A stretch of DNA of 64,000 nucleotides from Sminthopsis crassicaudata (Eukaryota): contig NC_133618.1 in assembly GCF_048593235.1 (NCBI RefSeq), positions 558,778,465 to 558,842,464 on the forward strand. The letters run 5' to 3'. The notes beneath the pieces are model-generated. The model made no database searches, was not told the origin of the DNA, and worked only from the letters and a program-made list of their open reading frames with translations. A program made the translations under genes and the position numbers. Below, one piece after another: positions 13,961 to 29,000 of this stretch (position 1 is the stretch's first letter; each line of letters opens with the position of its first letter).

Positions 13961-16179
13961 ATTTGTGATATAATGCTTTTAACTATTTTAATCACATACA
14001 CTATTGGGCAGTATCAGTTATCTTGTTATAGTAGGATATAGGAATAATCAGAAATAACTGAAATGGAGAAATAAGCTAATGATACTATGATGAGAGTCCC
14101 ATGGTAACTTTGGTGACACTATGAGATTGCTGCATTTCTATGAAATAATTTTTTTCACTGAGATATTGCAAAGAAACAGTATAACCCAGAGGTAGAAATA
14201 AATGCATTAGTAAAACAATTGAATTGGGAGAAAAAAGTTCAACCTTTTTGCTTTTCAATTTGCTTGACACTTCCTAATTTACAATTTGCGCTATGCAGTA
14301 TGGGTAATTCAACTTTCCTGTCAGCTATTATAGACCCCACAGAAATCAAATTCAGCTTTTCCCACTGCCACTCTTTTATCCTCATGTTCTTCCTAACAGG
14401 ATATTCCTGTCAAGAGAAATGATGCTTTTGTCTAAAATGCTTCAGTTTTGTCTCTCTTTCTGACTGAAGGAAAAGATTCCTATGATATATTTCTGAAAGG
14501 AGTGAGGAAAGTGAAGTGATATTTCTTATCTTTGAGTCTCACCCAGAATAGATGTGACCCATGAAACAGTTCATATAACTCCCTAGAATAGCACACTACA
14601 ATTGCTTATATGGCTAGGGAAGACATTTGGGGGTGAGAGCCCTATTCGTGCACTACTGCTTCCTCTCTCTAACGTTGCTTAACTAGGAAAAGGCACCCAA
14701 AGGATATCATGTATCTCTGCCATATACAGGAAAAGCAGGAGATTGCCATGGTATTGAAGACATCTGGAAATTAGTGACTGGAGCTGGTGGCCAATAAGAG
14801 AATGAAGTGCTTGTGGAATGTAGTAAACAGTGAGTGTAGGATTCACCATTGAGAAACTCAGGTTCTGACTTCAGTTCTTTTTATTAACAACAAAGGTGAT
14901 CTAGATCTAGAGTAAATCATTTACTTCTTAAGTCCTAACCATCTCAAGCATTGATGTAAAAAGAAAATGAAATAACAGATATGAATAAGTTGTGAAGTAC
15001 AAAACATTATTATTAAACAATTGCTTTTTTATACTCACCATAGTGAATTGCTTCATACACTACACTTCTATACCATTTTGTTAGCCTCTAGTATGATAAT
15101 CATATTCAGTAGACACTTACATTTTCAATCTTTTTCTTCTAGAACAGGCAGAAAATGTAAACCTAATTTTCACCAAACTTTTTCTAAACAGAATGAAAGA
15201 AATAGACATATGAAGTATTGTTGCTTCTTTCGGTTTTATTAAAATAAAAAAAAATCTTACTAGTCTATAATCTTTTACTCTGAACTGATACAAAATTATC
15301 ACTCTTTATAAAGTGGGCTGAATGTCCCCTATCCATTGTAGCAGCCAACAAACCATTTGTTTTATTATTAGAATACATGATACATAGCCTCAGACTAGTC
15401 TCCTAAAATTCAGAGAAAGAAAAGGTTGACAGAGTCAGTCCCTTCTGAAACAAATGGAAAAGAAATTGTGTTGGGATGGGGTGAGAGTGGAGTAAGGTAA
15501 CAGATGTGGATTAGTCTAAAGCAAACGATAAAGAAGAGAAAAAGAGATTAAGTTCTTCAAATAGACAGTTTATTCTGTGAAAAATCCCCCAGATATAATT
15601 GAGCAATTTAGGAACATGTAACATATAAGAGAAATTTTATGAAAATGGGTTGATAAGAGACCTAACTTCAGACCTGACACCTTTCTCAGGGTCAATGATT
15701 GAAGCTCTTTAGAACCATTAACTGGGCTTTTGCTAATAAAGCTTGAGTTTTGACTGTTGAAGAGTTTTAAGCTATTCAATAAAAGTCCCTTGTCATGTTC
15801 ATTTTCCAAAGGATATAATTTCCCATCCAAACTGTAACATACCAACTTTCAAAGGAAGCTACCGTGGGTAGGTGGTGATGGCAGTGTGTTTCCTAACTGG
15901 TGATTAGCAAATTTATTGCATGATAAACCTTTTTCAGAGCATTTTTGAAAAATAAAAACATGCTTCATCCCAAGTAATTAGTTGCTCTTTACCTCCAACA
16001 AACTGTAATTTTTATTCCTTTTACCCAAGTCCATTTATTAGGAAAGAGAGCTGGCAAGCATTTATGCTTTTGTGTTTATCTTGCAATGGAAATATGGTAT
16101 AAAAAAAGCCTGCTATGAGAATTCTGAATGCTGTTATATTTTAAAATCCACATTAATTATATATCCATTTATTCTTCAA

Positions 16180-16641
16180 NNNNNNNNNNNNNNNNNNNNN
16201 NNNNNNNNNNNNNNNNNNNNNNNNNNNNNNNNNNNNNNNNNNNNNNNNNNNNNNNNNNNNNNNNNNNNNNNNNNNNNNNNNNNNNNNNNNNNNNNNNNNN
16301 NNNNNNNNNNNNNNNNNNNNNNNNNNNNNNNNNNNNNNNNNNNNNNNNNNNNNNNNNNNNNNNNNNNNNNNNNNNNNNNNNNNNNNNNNNNNNNNNNNNN
16401 NNNNNNNNNNNNNNNNNNNNNNNNNNNNNNNNNNNNNNNNNNNNNNNNNNNNNNNNNNNNNNNNNNNNNNNAAAAAGNNNNNNNNNNNNNNNNNNNNNNN
16501 NNNNNNNNNNNNNNNNNNNNNNNNNNNNNNNNNNNNNNNNNNNNNNNNNNNNNNNNNNNNNNNNNNNNNNNNNNNNNNNNNNNNNNNNNNNNNNNNNNNN
16601 NNNNNNNNNNNNNNNNNNNNNNNNNNNNNNNNNNNNNNNNN
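16180..16641. other. assembly gap (N run) with a 6-base island at 16472-16477
   Basis: Read directly from the sequence. Confidence 1.
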
Positions 16642-18409
16642 GAAAGCATCTGGGACTACCTGGAGTCTAAAGTGGTAGTACACTGGGGCTGGAAACCACA
16701 GGGAATATTGCACCATGCCCTAACTCTTCATTTACTTAAGCAATATATTTTGGTGGAAGGTTGAGCTGGATGGCTATATTCACTGAGATTTCATTTCAGC
16801 ACAACAATTTCAAAAGGATGTTAAAAAAAAGGCAAACTCCTAGTCCTAGTATCTTTTCTTAAATGAATAAGAATCCCCTCCCTGGTGTTCAACATAAAAG
16901 TTATAATTACTTTCTAAACAAGAGAAAGAACTCCTTTGACCTCTTATGAATGGCAAATTATGGATTTATTGAAAAATGGAATCTACTACTCATTCTTTTC
17001 CTGATTTAGATAAGCCAAAAGTTCCTGTCACTATAGCATTTTTACAAATATGCCATAGAAAACTGAGAAAAATGAAAAGAGGGAAGAACAATCTGCTGAT
17101 TTGCCTTTAACTCAAATTGTCCTGGATTATGTTTAATGAAGAGAGATTGAAAAATCAAATTTATAATGAAAATTCCCTCTCCACACCTAAATGAAGCCAA
17201 AACTATTCCTGAATAGTACTAGAATGTTCATTTGTAGTTTAGAAATTATCAGAGCCTTCCATGGTGTTTTAGGATCATAGATTTAGACCTGAAATGGATT
17301 TTAAGAGGCCATAGAGGCCAATCTCCCCATGTCATTACATGAAGAAATGGGCACAGGGAAGTTAAAAGACATCTTTTTGCCTGGTAAAAGAAACTTTGGG
17401 GTATAGAAGTTAAGGTTTTTGTTTGTTTGTTTGTTTTTTAATTTGGCTTTTAATCAGTTCAAGGTGATATTTGAATTTATCTTCCTGTTTCTTAATCCCT
17501 TCACTTATCAGGGTCTCTTTTCTCATGTGTAAAATCAGGGGATGAATTATATGATCGGTGATTGTAAGTATGAAAAAAAAAGGTCTATAATAACAGGGCT
17601 ATCTTGATTTCTCCTGACCAGATAGATGCCTTAGTATGAACTTATATAAGAGAAATTAAAAGTAATTGATGGAGCCCAACAGGCCAAAGTGTGAGAAGAA
17701 AGGATGTAATCAGTTATTGCAATCATTTCCCACATTCCAAAATTCTCTTCCCTAATTGCAAGTACTCACTGCCCTTATGGAGCCCTTTTCTCTCCTTTAA
17801 GGGAAGAAAGCCATCTACTAATACATTATACTCTCCCTAAAAATATTTTGTAAAAGGGATAACTCTTAATCCTTAATATGAATGCATTTAACATGAAAAT
17901 GCTGGACTGATATACTGGACTGAGTAGCCAAATACCTGGAGTCTTACTAAAAACTCTGGGATTCAAACTACATACAAATCCCTTAAACCTTCAGGACCTC
18001 AGTTTTCTCACAAGTTTTCTAAGATGTGGAAACTAAACTAGAATACAATGATTTCTCTTCCATTATTAGCATTATGGGATTTTTTAAACTAAAAAGATGA
18101 AGCATAATAGAAGTGGAAACCTCCTGTATCCACCAAGATGATGCAGGCTCTTTTTCCTCACATCTAACTCCTGACTTCTCTGATTGTTTTTCAAGCCTCA
18201 AATAACATTCCACCTTCTGCAACAGGCTTTTTCCATCCCTTATGCATCTCAAGTACTTTCCCTTGAGATTTTCTTCCATTTATTCTAAATATTTCCATAT
18301 TATCTTCTTCACTTTGTAGCCATAATCATATACTGTGTGATTTAATGTCTTAACCAAAGTTTCCCTAACTTTAAAATAAGAGAGTATAGTGAAGATCCTT
18401 TTTAATTCA

Positions 18410-18556
18410 TTTTTTCCCCTCTGAGGCAATTGGGACTAAGAGATTTGCCCAGGGTCACACAGCTAGAAAGTAATTAAGTATCTGAGGCCACATTTGAACT
18501 CAGCTCCTTCTGACTTCAGGGCTGATACTCTATTCACTATGCCATCTAGCTGCCTC
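18410..18556 (-). mobile_element. WSINE1-type SINE
   Basis: tgaggcaattgggactaagagatttgcccagggtcacacagctagaaag...atttgaactcagctccttctgacttcagggc...ccatctagctgcctc. Confidence 0.8.
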
Positions 18557-20539
18557 TCCTTTCTAATTCTAAATGTATGATCTTCTTACTAGTTCTATTC
18601 TCTAACCAACTAGAAAGTTCCTTGAGAGAGGATCATTAATTTGTAATCAATTTAGAGATCCACTAAAGGTTTAAGATAAAAATTAGTACTTGAAGAGGTC
18701 TGCCTGACTTTATAGATTTTTATGTCAAAAGAGATGAGCACAATACCATAAGGTCCCCACACCAGTATTAATGGCCACATATTCCCCATTCTCAATGGGA
18801 AGAATGAAAGCAATACCTCACTCATATCAAAACAAAATGCAACAAAAGTTTATTGCTAAGCAGACTAAAATTATTTTACCACAATGATAGGGCTTTTTCT
18901 TTTCATTTTTCCCCCACCTTAAACAACTTCAGGATATTGCCCAGGGGCCATGGGAGTATTTTGTTATTTTCTGTGTGAAATATCATATTCCCTAGTGGAA
19001 ACAGCAAGATTGTATTACTGTCTAGTGATTCTCGTAGTTGACACAACAAGCTGTACTGGTGACCTCCGGACTTGGGACTGCATCTAAATGTAGGGCTTTT
19101 GTGCCAAAGGATCCAGAAAAGCAGAAAAATTGGAAGGGGACATGGCAAAAGAAAAGAACTTCATTTATGTAACCCTAGAGTGGAAGAATGGAATCATTCA
19201 TAACTCTAGTTGCTCAAGGCATCAGCATCCTTGGGTAATGTGACATGTTGCTCTTTTATAATGCCTTATAATTTATCATTTTTCAAATATAAATAATAAG
19301 CATCATTTTAATCATGAGTTTTTTTAGGTAGAATTCAACTAAGTTCTTTTCTCCCTAGTGCATAACACTGTTTTCCATTGGTCAGATTAAGTTGTACACA
19401 GAGAAATTTAATATTTTCCTTTTCTGTTTATTTAATAATAAATTCTTAAATGGTCTTTTTTCCCCTGTGGAAGAAAAATCATCCTTTTCTCCCCTTTTTA
19501 GGGGAAGAGTGTAAGCAGTACACTAAAGAGTGTTATTACATTGAATTTCTCTAGGATGATTCTCCCCAGGGTTCATTTATTATTATTTTTTTTGTGGTGC
19601 ATTAGGTTTGTAATTTTCTCTGTGATGATGATGTAGAAGACTGAGGGTTTATTTAAGAAGTGAAGAATATAATGTTGAAAAAAATACCTAAGCTATCTTT
19701 CTCTTTCTCTTGGGTAGATCAGTTCTAGCATGACTTACTGAACCTAAAGTCAGTCTCAGAGAAACAAGTGGAAAAGTGTGTGTGGCACAGGGTTAAGTCT
19801 GTGGGTTCCTTCTCTGCACCTGCTCTGTGACCAGCCTAGCCAGGTCCCCTCCCTAATTTCACAAAGAGGTTTGGAAGTACAGTGGATCCAGGGGTCACTT
19901 TGATGGTCCTTGTTCAGACACCTGTGAGCTCCATATGTAGTCATTTATTATTCTGAAAGCGTGTGTGTGTAGGTGGGCTAAGAATGAGCCTCAAAGGGTT
20001 GAGGGGTGGGGGATGCTGACTTCTCCGCCTCTCAGTCTGTAAGATGCACTTCACAAAAGCACCTTGAGGACTTGCCAACAGCAAGTGGAAAAATCTCTGA
20101 ATACAGAAATTGCTTTTCAAGAGACACACAAAAAATTTGCTTTGATTTAAAAAATCATTATAAAATGCATTAATAATTTGAAGTTCTTCATGACTTGCTG
20201 ACTAAGTATCTAAAAGGCCTTTTTCAAAAGTGACTAAATCTCAAAATGTGCATCATTCCCATTATAAAAATGAAAAATTTATAAATTTAAACTACTTTCA
20301 AAAATATCATGATAAGCCAATTCCATACCTTTTTTTAGTGTATGGCTAATAATAATAGCATAAAATATAACTGGATAGTAGCAGGATAAAAGCTATTCCA
20401 GGACCATCTCTAGCTGGACTCCATTGAGTAAAAGATGGCAAGAATGAGAATCTTTCTCATATTAATTTAAATTGATATAGAAACTGAAGATTTGCAAAGA
20501 TCAAAATGATTTCCTATCTGTGTCATTTTATCTAGGTAA

Positions 20540-20757
20540 TATAATGGATAGAATTCCAGGCCAGGAGTTAGGAAGAAATGAGTTCAAATCTGGTCTTGGA
20601 TCATCTGGGCAAGTTACTACTTAACCCTGTTTGCCTTAGTTTCCTCATCTTTAAAAAGAGCTAGAGAAGGAAATGCCAAAGCATTTTGTATCCACCAAGA
20701 AAACCTTAAAAGGGGTCATAAGAAGTTGGACATTACTGAAATTATTGAACAACAAGA
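20540..20757 (+). mobile_element. Mar1-type SINE (CORE plus BovB/RTE-like tail)
   Basis: gagttcaaatc...acttaaccctgtttgccttagtttcctcatc...gagctagagaaggaaatgccaaag...ccaagaaaacc. Confidence 0.7.
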
Positions 20758-21469
20758 AAATCTGTGCCATTATCTACTAGTATACAGCATAGAATAAATA
20801 TGGCAGTACTTATTGAAAGAGATCTAGAAAAAGTGACACAAAAAGTTTGAGGAAGAAGAGGTCATTTGTAGTAAGCAGAATCAAGAGGTCCACTGAGTGT
20901 CTATAGACATATAAGACATTCAAAACTGTAACTAGACGTTTTTGCATATAGAGTGAATACCACAGACTTTCATGGTCTACTACACAAAATACACCCTCAT
21001 TTGTGGTGAGATTGGAAAGACAAAGTTGGAAGAATTCATCCCAGACTAACATTTAGTAGCCTTTTATTTTAACTATGCAGTTTTTCTAAATTGGCAATTA
21101 ATTCTCTTTTCCTTATGCCATTGAAAACCTTCAAGTGTTATGATTTCCCTGTACATTGCACATCCTGTGACAAAGTCACTATTGCCTCATCCCTAGTTCC
21201 AGCTCTCAATATCTTAGAGAAAACATAAAATACATGTTCAGAGACAAATTGGCCATAGGATGCAATGATATATATAAGCAGATAAACAAGAGACTCATTT
21301 GTTTTCATGAAAAACCTGTAAGATTTTAAATAGTACTAAGTGTATGTATATATGGAAAAACAGGGCTAGGATTTGCTATTTGTATTCTCAGGCAGGAGAA
21401 TAATAACAGCAACAACAACAATAATATGATGATGGTGATGATGAGTTTACAAAGTATATATTCATTGAT

Positions 21470-21735
21470 GATGATAAAGTGTGTAATGGGTACACAAATC
21501 TCAATCTGAGTATCACAATATCCTTGTGAAGTGAGTATTATGACTATTTTACAGATGTTGAACTTCCTGTGTAGTTGGTACTAATGGCATTATTATCTCC
21601 ATTTTGCAGGTGGGGAAAATAAGTTTCAGAGATGTTAAGTAAACCCTGGATAGATGCTTGCTGATGATATGGTCCCATAACTGTAAGCAATAGAGACAAG
21701 ATTTGAATGGAGGACTTTCTAACTTTGGCACACCC
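21470..21735 (-). mobile_element. MIR-type SINE
   Basis: atctccattttgcaggtggggaaaataagtttcagagatgttaagtaa...agatttgaa. Confidence 0.5.
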
Positions 21736-22057
21736 ACAACAAGGTGATCCATTGGATACAGCACTGGCTTGGAGTCAGGATGAGTCGAATTCCGATCTGG
21801 ATTAAGACACTTGGTAGTTATATGACCATAAACAAATCATTTAACTCCAAGAGCCTCAAAAGAAATCCCTCTCCCCCTGAAAAAAAAGACTTCCTGCACT
21901 CTATGCAACACACTGGGCTTCTACTCATATAATGTAAGGCTTTGATTAGGAAAGATGATGAAAATCAGTGAAATAAATAGGAAAGGAAAAGAAGGAAGCA
22001 AACTTTTAACTATTTAGAATTTTGTGTCCACTGAATTATTCATAATCTTTAAAGCAT

Positions 22058-22089
<32 letters not shown>

Positions 22090-23212
22090 TATGTGAGTTA
22101 TTCTTCACAAACCCTTCAATATGGAAATCCCAGAACATGTATATTTACCATGAGCTATACTTACTTAGCCACATGATACTGAAGTGAAGGTTTCACGGAC
22201 AGTGTTTTCTCCTACAGTCCCTACATCTTCTAACAGAAGAGAAAATGCTGACTTTTAGGGGAACATGAGTCTTCATCAATCTATTCTTGCTCAAGTAGAA
22301 ATAAAGAGTGGTGTTTACATTGCATCTCAACAAGAACATGTAAGTAAAAAGTTCACTAAAATATCCTTAAAGAAATAGCTAAAGACCCCCTGAGTCTCCT
22401 TCAAACCTGGATACCCAGAATTCAAAAGGAATTCTTAAAAAGAGCCATCAGACAAAGAAGAAAGAGGGAAAGAGAAGAAAACAGAAATAAATAAAGAGCT
22501 TCCCTCTCCTTGGATAATCCATTTATTACAATTATATCCAAGGAAATAAGCTACTATGAACAAGGTAAGAAGCTGAGCAAAATAGTGGGAAGAAGGCAGG
22601 CTTCTGAATCACAGAACCCAGAGTTGTAGTCTTGTCTTTGATACATGCTAGCTCTGAGACCAGGGGTAAATCATTTACCTTATAATGCCTGAGATAATTC
22701 TCTGGCTATAAGTTATAGTTCCTACAGTGGTGGAAGTTTCCACAATGGGAATTCCTTACATCAATGAAATCACAAATGTGCACCAAAAATGGAACTAGGT
22801 ATGGTTATAAAGGTGAAAAAAGCCATAGTCCATGTGGCAAGAAACATTTATTCTATGAGTGGAAAGAGAAGACCAGAGACACATACATAAGCATGGAACA
22901 ATGTAAAATATGATAAGGTCAAGGGAGAGACCTAAACAAAGGCTTAAGAAAATTCAAGAGGAACATTTTCATCTAGAGAAATATGAGAAGATTATGTGAA
23001 GAAGACAGTAGGCAAAATCTTGGAGGAAGAGAATTCCAATAATAATGATGCAAATATTATAATATATGTAATATGAATAAATACATGATAAAATAATAAA
23101 ATAAATAATAAGAAGAGTACTTGTTGCTTTAATATGGTACAAAGTTTGGGGCACTGCAGATCCTCAATAATCTAATTCATCTAGTGCTTTTTCCACAATA
23201 TAGGTTAAGCAT

Positions 23213-23446
23213 TTTTGTTTTAGCCATGTCCAACTCTTTGTGACTTTATTCCGGATTTTTGTGGCAGAGGTAAGGCTTTGCCATTTCCTTTTCCAGCTCA
23301 TTTTACAAGTAAGAAAACTGAACCATATAGAGTTGTGACTTGCCCAGAGTCACAGAATTAGTAAATTTCTGAAGCCAGATTTGAATTTAGGAAGAAGTCT
23401 TCTTGATTCAGGCCCAGAATTTTATCCATTGTACCACCCACCTGCT
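23213..23446 (-). mobile_element. Mar1-type SINE
   Basis: gtccaactctttgtgac...ttgccatttccttttccagctcattttacaag...gtgacttgcccagagtcacag. Confidence 0.7.
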
Positions 23447-23589
23447 TGCAGGTAAGTATTATTATGCCCATTTTACAGATGAGAAAATTGAAACTTAATT
23501 AAATGATTTGCCAAGGGTCATAAAATATAGGCAGAGTTGTGGAGTGAATAGCAGGTATGAGATGATAGTTTTGCAGGAATAAATGGTGG

Positions 23590-24070
23590 TTGGACCCAAT
23601 GCAGAATAGATAATATCTTATAGTCTAGAATGATGCAAAAATAGCATTATTAATAAAGAGAATGGCATGAAGTACGTCTGAAAATTTAGGAGATAAAATG
23701 TGGAGGGCCTTAAATGCCAAGGCAAGTGTATTTTATTCCATAAGCAAAATTGGACTTTGAAGAATCTGAGCATGGAACTGACTTGGTGAGATGTCTGCAT
23801 TAGGACAATTATTTTGTTAGTTATGTGAAGAACAGAATAAAAAAGCAGTGGCAATGAGTTATGGATTCAGGAAACAGTTATGAAAGCCATGATGAAAGGT
23901 AAATTGGGTTTAAACCAAGTTGTTGCCAGTGTAAATAGAGTGGGAAGAAAAAGGAAAGAGATATTATAGCAGTGGAATAAAGTACTTGGCTATTGAATGT
24001 GGAGGGAAAGACTGGTGGATTCCTAAATTTCAAGACTGGGTGTCTATGCTGATGGTGCCATCTACAGGAT
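23590..24070 (-). mobile_element. L2 remnant
   Basis: gtggagggccttaaatgccaaggcaag...ttttattccataagcaaa...gctgatggtgccatc (reverse L2 3' region). Confidence 0.55.
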
Positions 24071-24289
24071 CTTTTCATTGGGATGAAGACTTCGTTCAGG
24101 ATCTATTGAGTCTGAGACACAGACAAGACATCCAAATGGAGATGCTTTTGTTCTATCACTCACTGCTTCAAAAAGAATTTACCCAGCTCCCAAATCTGGC
24201 TTTCAAAGCCTTTGGTAGAGTAACCCCACCACTTCCATTCACTCTTAAAACAAAAACAGCAACAGCAATAACTACACATCTCTTCAAGT

Positions 24290-24660
24290 GTTCTACAAAC
24301 AAGCCCTATCTGTCCTGTCTCGGTTCCTTCACTTTTGTTGCTCCTGAGACCGCGAATATTCTTGTCAGTCCCTTGTACCTATCCAGATTCTCTCCATTCT
24401 TAACACCCAGTTAAAATTTCAACTTCTCCATGAAAACTTCTTTTAGTATTCTACTTCACAGTAAAATCCTCTTTCTCTGAACTCCCCCAGTACTTTATGC
24501 ATAGCACACAGTTTGGCATGTGAATCTTATATGCATGTTATTATTATCTCATCTGTGTTAAACATGCCTTCCAAGTATATTACAAACTCCTTAATAGAAA
24601 CAGCTATGTTTTATACTCCTTTTGTTTCTACCATACCATCACCATTGCATTAAACATGGA
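24290..24660 (+). mobile_element. L2 3' remnant
   Basis: cccagttaaaatttcaacttctccatgaaaacttc...ctctttctctgaactccc...attacaaactcctt. Confidence 0.55.
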
Positions 24661-25923
24661 CTAGAATCAGCATAGATTTTCACTAAAAGTACATTCCCTA
24701 AGGCTCAGATCTCAACCATCTTCCCTCTATATAGTCACTTTGTTAACAAGTAACTGAATCCACTTCTTTTTTCTATGCATATGGCTTCAAAAATTATATA
24801 ATACAACCTAGGGCCCCCTTACATGGGTTTTTATTTAACATTACACCCGATTTTATGCATGTGGTTGATATGATTTAACATACATTCAAAAATACATGTG
24901 TACCCTTTCCCAAGTATTTCTTTTGGGGCATTTAGGTGGTATAGAATGGATAGAGTGATGGTGTAAAATGAACTGAAGGAGGAAACACAAACTTCAGGAT
25001 CTTTGTCAAGAAAATCCCAAAATGGGGTTACAAAAAGTTGGATTTGAATAAAATATTTATACAACAATAATTCAAATGTCATTTTACTGGTGAATAAGAA
25101 GAGAAGTATCCACATGTTGTTTTTAATCAGTGAATAGGAAGACAAGTCAGTTCAAGGTCAAAGACATTTAACTAAAACAGAATTTCAAAAGTGACAAAAA
25201 GATTTCTTCCATATAGATGTGAGCAAACTTTTCAATAGACTACTAATACCAACAGAAGAAAGGACATATGAAGAAAATACATATGGTAGTAGTCAATATG
25301 GTCAGAGATTGCATATTATGCTTGCAGAACTCTCATTTTTTTTTTTTTTTTTAATAGGAAATATCTGCCCATGTCTTCTGGTAATATAACTAGATGAACA
25401 TCTTTCTCCATTCACCCATAGTACTGTTGTTCTCTACTAACATGTTCTGTATTTGCATAACAGGTAGTCTCAAGTTGAAAAATCTGCTATCTCTTTGGCT
25501 TGATGCCTTATTGACCCACTTTTAGCTTTTTTTGTGATGCAAACCCTCAGCCTGCAACACCTAGAAAACTAGAGAATTCCTGAGGCATTTTTAAGTCTCC
25601 CATTTGAGACTTATTGAACTTAGACTTCTGGATTTATTTATGATCAGAAAATTTATTTTATTTCATCATAGTTTATTCGTTAGTCTGTGTGCATTCAAAA
25701 CATCCTGGATACTCTCCATAACAAAACTATAAAGGAGTCATGCCGAGTGTATTTCCTTAAACTTCTAGAATTCTCTTGATTTTCATGTAAATCAATTTGG
25801 AGTAATTTTTGAAAGGGCCAATTTGAGCTGGTGACTTCTTATTTGTAATTCTATAATTCTGAATTTTAAAAAAAATCCTGTAGGCAACAAATTAGGCAGA
25901 GATATTTCTATCCCCAATTTATC

Positions 25924-26083
25924 TTTTTTTTTTTTTTTTTTTTTGCTATTGCTATTGGGGTTAAGTGACTTGCCCAGGGTCACACAGCTAGGAAGTGTTA
26001 AGTTTTTGAAATCAGATTTGAACTCAGGTCCTCCTGACTTCAGGGATGGTGCCCTATCCACTGCACTAGCACCTAGCTGCCCC
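25924..26083 (-). mobile_element. WSINE1-type SINE with long poly(A) tail
   Basis: poly-T then ggggttaagtgacttgcccagggtcacacagctaggaagtgttaag...atttgaactcaggtcctcctgacttcaggg...cacctagctgcccc. Confidence 0.88.
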
Positions 26084-29000
26084 TCCCCAAGTTATCTTTA
26101 AGTATCAACATTTACTATCAACAGATCCCTTCTAGCTTTTATAATCACTGTGATCTTTATATCTCTTAAAATATTTCTGCTAAATGGGATTTCGTATTTC
26201 TATGAATGCAGACTCATAAAGCTTTTTGTTTGTTTATTTGTAAATTAGTCATGACACAGATTTTATTTAAATAGCATGTACCTGGATTTGCCATGCCTTC
26301 TTAGATATGGTTCTGTGAGAATTGTTTGTTTCTTTTAATCTTAGAAAACAAAAGCAATTTTTGTGGGAAAAGTCCAAATGAGCTCACCTCAAAAAAGGAT
26401 CTTCAGAAACATTCTGAGATAGATAGAGGATATCAGGGACAAGCTGAAGTTAAGGTAGTAATTTCTGAGACAGATAGGACAGCACCTTGATTATCAGCAT
26501 TGAAAAGCATTTTCAAGGTTACTTTTAACATCAGAGAAGTAGGAGCAAATAACTCTGGGTTTCCAATCGGTTCCAGTGATTGTACTTCAAATTTACTAAT
26601 CTCAGCAACTGAAAACAAAATTGTAGGGTAGCAGACACAGCACAGGGTAACCTTTACTTGTAATTACTTTAAGTGTGGGGCAGGAGAGAAGAAAGAAACC
26701 TCCATACCAGCTTTCCCAGAATTCACACTGAGTTAAGAGTGCCCCAAGGTACACAGTGACCAGATTGCAAGGGGCTGCTATGTGGAAAAAGACAGAAACC
26801 AAACAGTCAATCAGGGATATGAGGTGATGTTGAAACCCAATATTTTGGTTTGACGACTGACTTTTTCTTTGTTTTCTAACTATTCCAGGAGCTTCCAGTG
26901 AGAATTTTTAATTTCATTTTCATAAGGCATAAATTACATACTTCTCTATGTTGTATGGAAGAGGCCATTTACCTAATTGCCTCAGAACAAGTGTATCTTT
27001 CAATGTCTGGATTAAAAAACTGATGATGTTCTATAATCTTGATCTTCAATACCTTTCGTTTAAATACAAAGTAACAGGGGCATCTGTATTAGAGAGGTAG
27101 AATGGTAGAATACCAATAGATGCTTATTTGTTTTCTTACCATTGGCAAACGAAGTAATCTCTTGAAGTCTGAATAGCTATGTGTAAAATTTGTTGATACA
27201 TTCCGGGAGACTTGTTGTGATCAGAGTACTTTGTCTACCTTAAGGTGATTGTGGGTATGATTTACCTCTCCTTCAAAGCTAAACTCAAACACTAATGTTT
27301 ACGTAAGGATCACCCCAGCTGTGAATGTGTCTCTTTTCTCTACCCCTTCCCAAAACTTCTACCTTATATACCTTATGTATTCCTAATAAAGAATGTAAGT
27401 TCCTGTTGTAACTTTTTTCCTGTTATAAGGTTCCAGGAACATTTTGATTTTAGTCTTTGTTTCATTTTACACTGCCAGGCACATAGTAGGTAATTAAATG
27501 ATTGATTATGGCTACTGAAACCTTTCTCTGTGGTTGAAGAGCATAAAAGGAGAATAAGCTGTGCAAGGCTGCTTTGACTTTTGAAATAACCCCAAAGGAG
27601 ACTTTTGAGTAATTTCCTTTTTTTTTTTTTTTTTTTTTTACCCAATGTTCACATCTTGTCAGACAAAAAAACTTTACTCAAAAGAAATTCCAGAAAATAC
27701 TTATGGAAATATCAGGATTAAACACATTTTATCCTTATCATCTGACTATTCCTTTCACAGCCCTACTTGGTGGTAGGAATTTGAAATGCCAATTCCTTGG
27801 AAAAAGAGAAATAGAGAAACATCTGTGTGCTTGAGCAGCACTCTTCTTCCTTGACCTTATGCCCATCCCAATCCCCAATCCTACAGTAACATTTGTTTAA
27901 GTATTTAAATAGAGTTGGATTTGAACTAGAAAGGAATAATTCATACTAAAAGAAAATAAAGATTCTAGGAGAAGGATCAGAAGAAAATGAGAATGAAGAA
28001 AGTATTAATGAGGGAAGAATTTGACATTACAAGATTCCCAAGCTTTAGAAGAGAGAATTCTGATGATCAGAGAACTGAAATTCATATGGAAAGAGTCCTG
28101 CAGAATCTGCTACCTCTAAGTCCTCCCCCTTTTAAAAGTGAACTACCAGACAGGTTTGCTCACTCTCACTTTATTTTTTTTTTTTCTGCTTTATGAAGAT
28201 ATACCATAATTCTGATCTTGCATTTATCATGGAAGAGAAGAACCAGTGCCCCAGACAGGTTTCTTCTGCCTTACCACAGGGAACAATTTATTGTGATTTG
28301 TAGCAGAAGCAAATACTGAGGTAATTTAGAGACAATGTTCATGAATCTCAACCCCCTATTTAAAAAGGGGGAAAAGGTGTACTCTCTAAGGCAATGTGAT
28401 ATGGAAAACAGAATCAAAGGATTACAACATTTGATATTTGGAAGGGACGTTAGCAGCAATCTACTCCAACATAAACACAAAAAAATCCCCACCATCATAT
28501 ATCCTACAAGTCAAATCAAGACAAACACTTATGAATAATGAGCTGTCCATAATAGATTTGCAATTTCATGTGCAATTGTTTTTTTTAAATTTTTATTATA
28601 TTGTTACTATACTATGGTTATTCCATAAGTTAAAGATTAAATATTTTAAATGCCTGTTATATGCTAGACACTGGTGCTAAGTCCTGAATTACCAAATGAT
28701 CAGTGAGTTTTTGACTTGAAAATCACCTTTCTAGGTGACGCATTGTACTTTTATTCATCTTTAATTACTGGGAATGTTTTCCTGATATCAAGTCTAAATA
28801 CACCTCTTTGCAACTTCCACCTAATGTTTTTTCTTCTTTGGTTATCCGAGGATGACCACAACAATTCTCTTCTATTCTCCACACAGAAGTCTTTCAAATA
28901 CTTGAAGATAACAACCTGTAGGGTCTCCTCTTATTCTAGGAGAACCATGCCTAGTTCCTTCAACCTATCATTCTATGTCATGATCTCAAAATGTTTGTTG

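Noticed and set aside
16472-16477. aaaaag island inside the N run
   Set aside because: Assembly or consensus-masking artefact. It suggests a low-coverage or reference-guided assembly, which is a caveat for the LTR and PBS findings.
16072-16764. Long ORFs of 157-230 aa, and ORFs at 54243-54494
   Set aside because: They are open only because they cross N-gaps.
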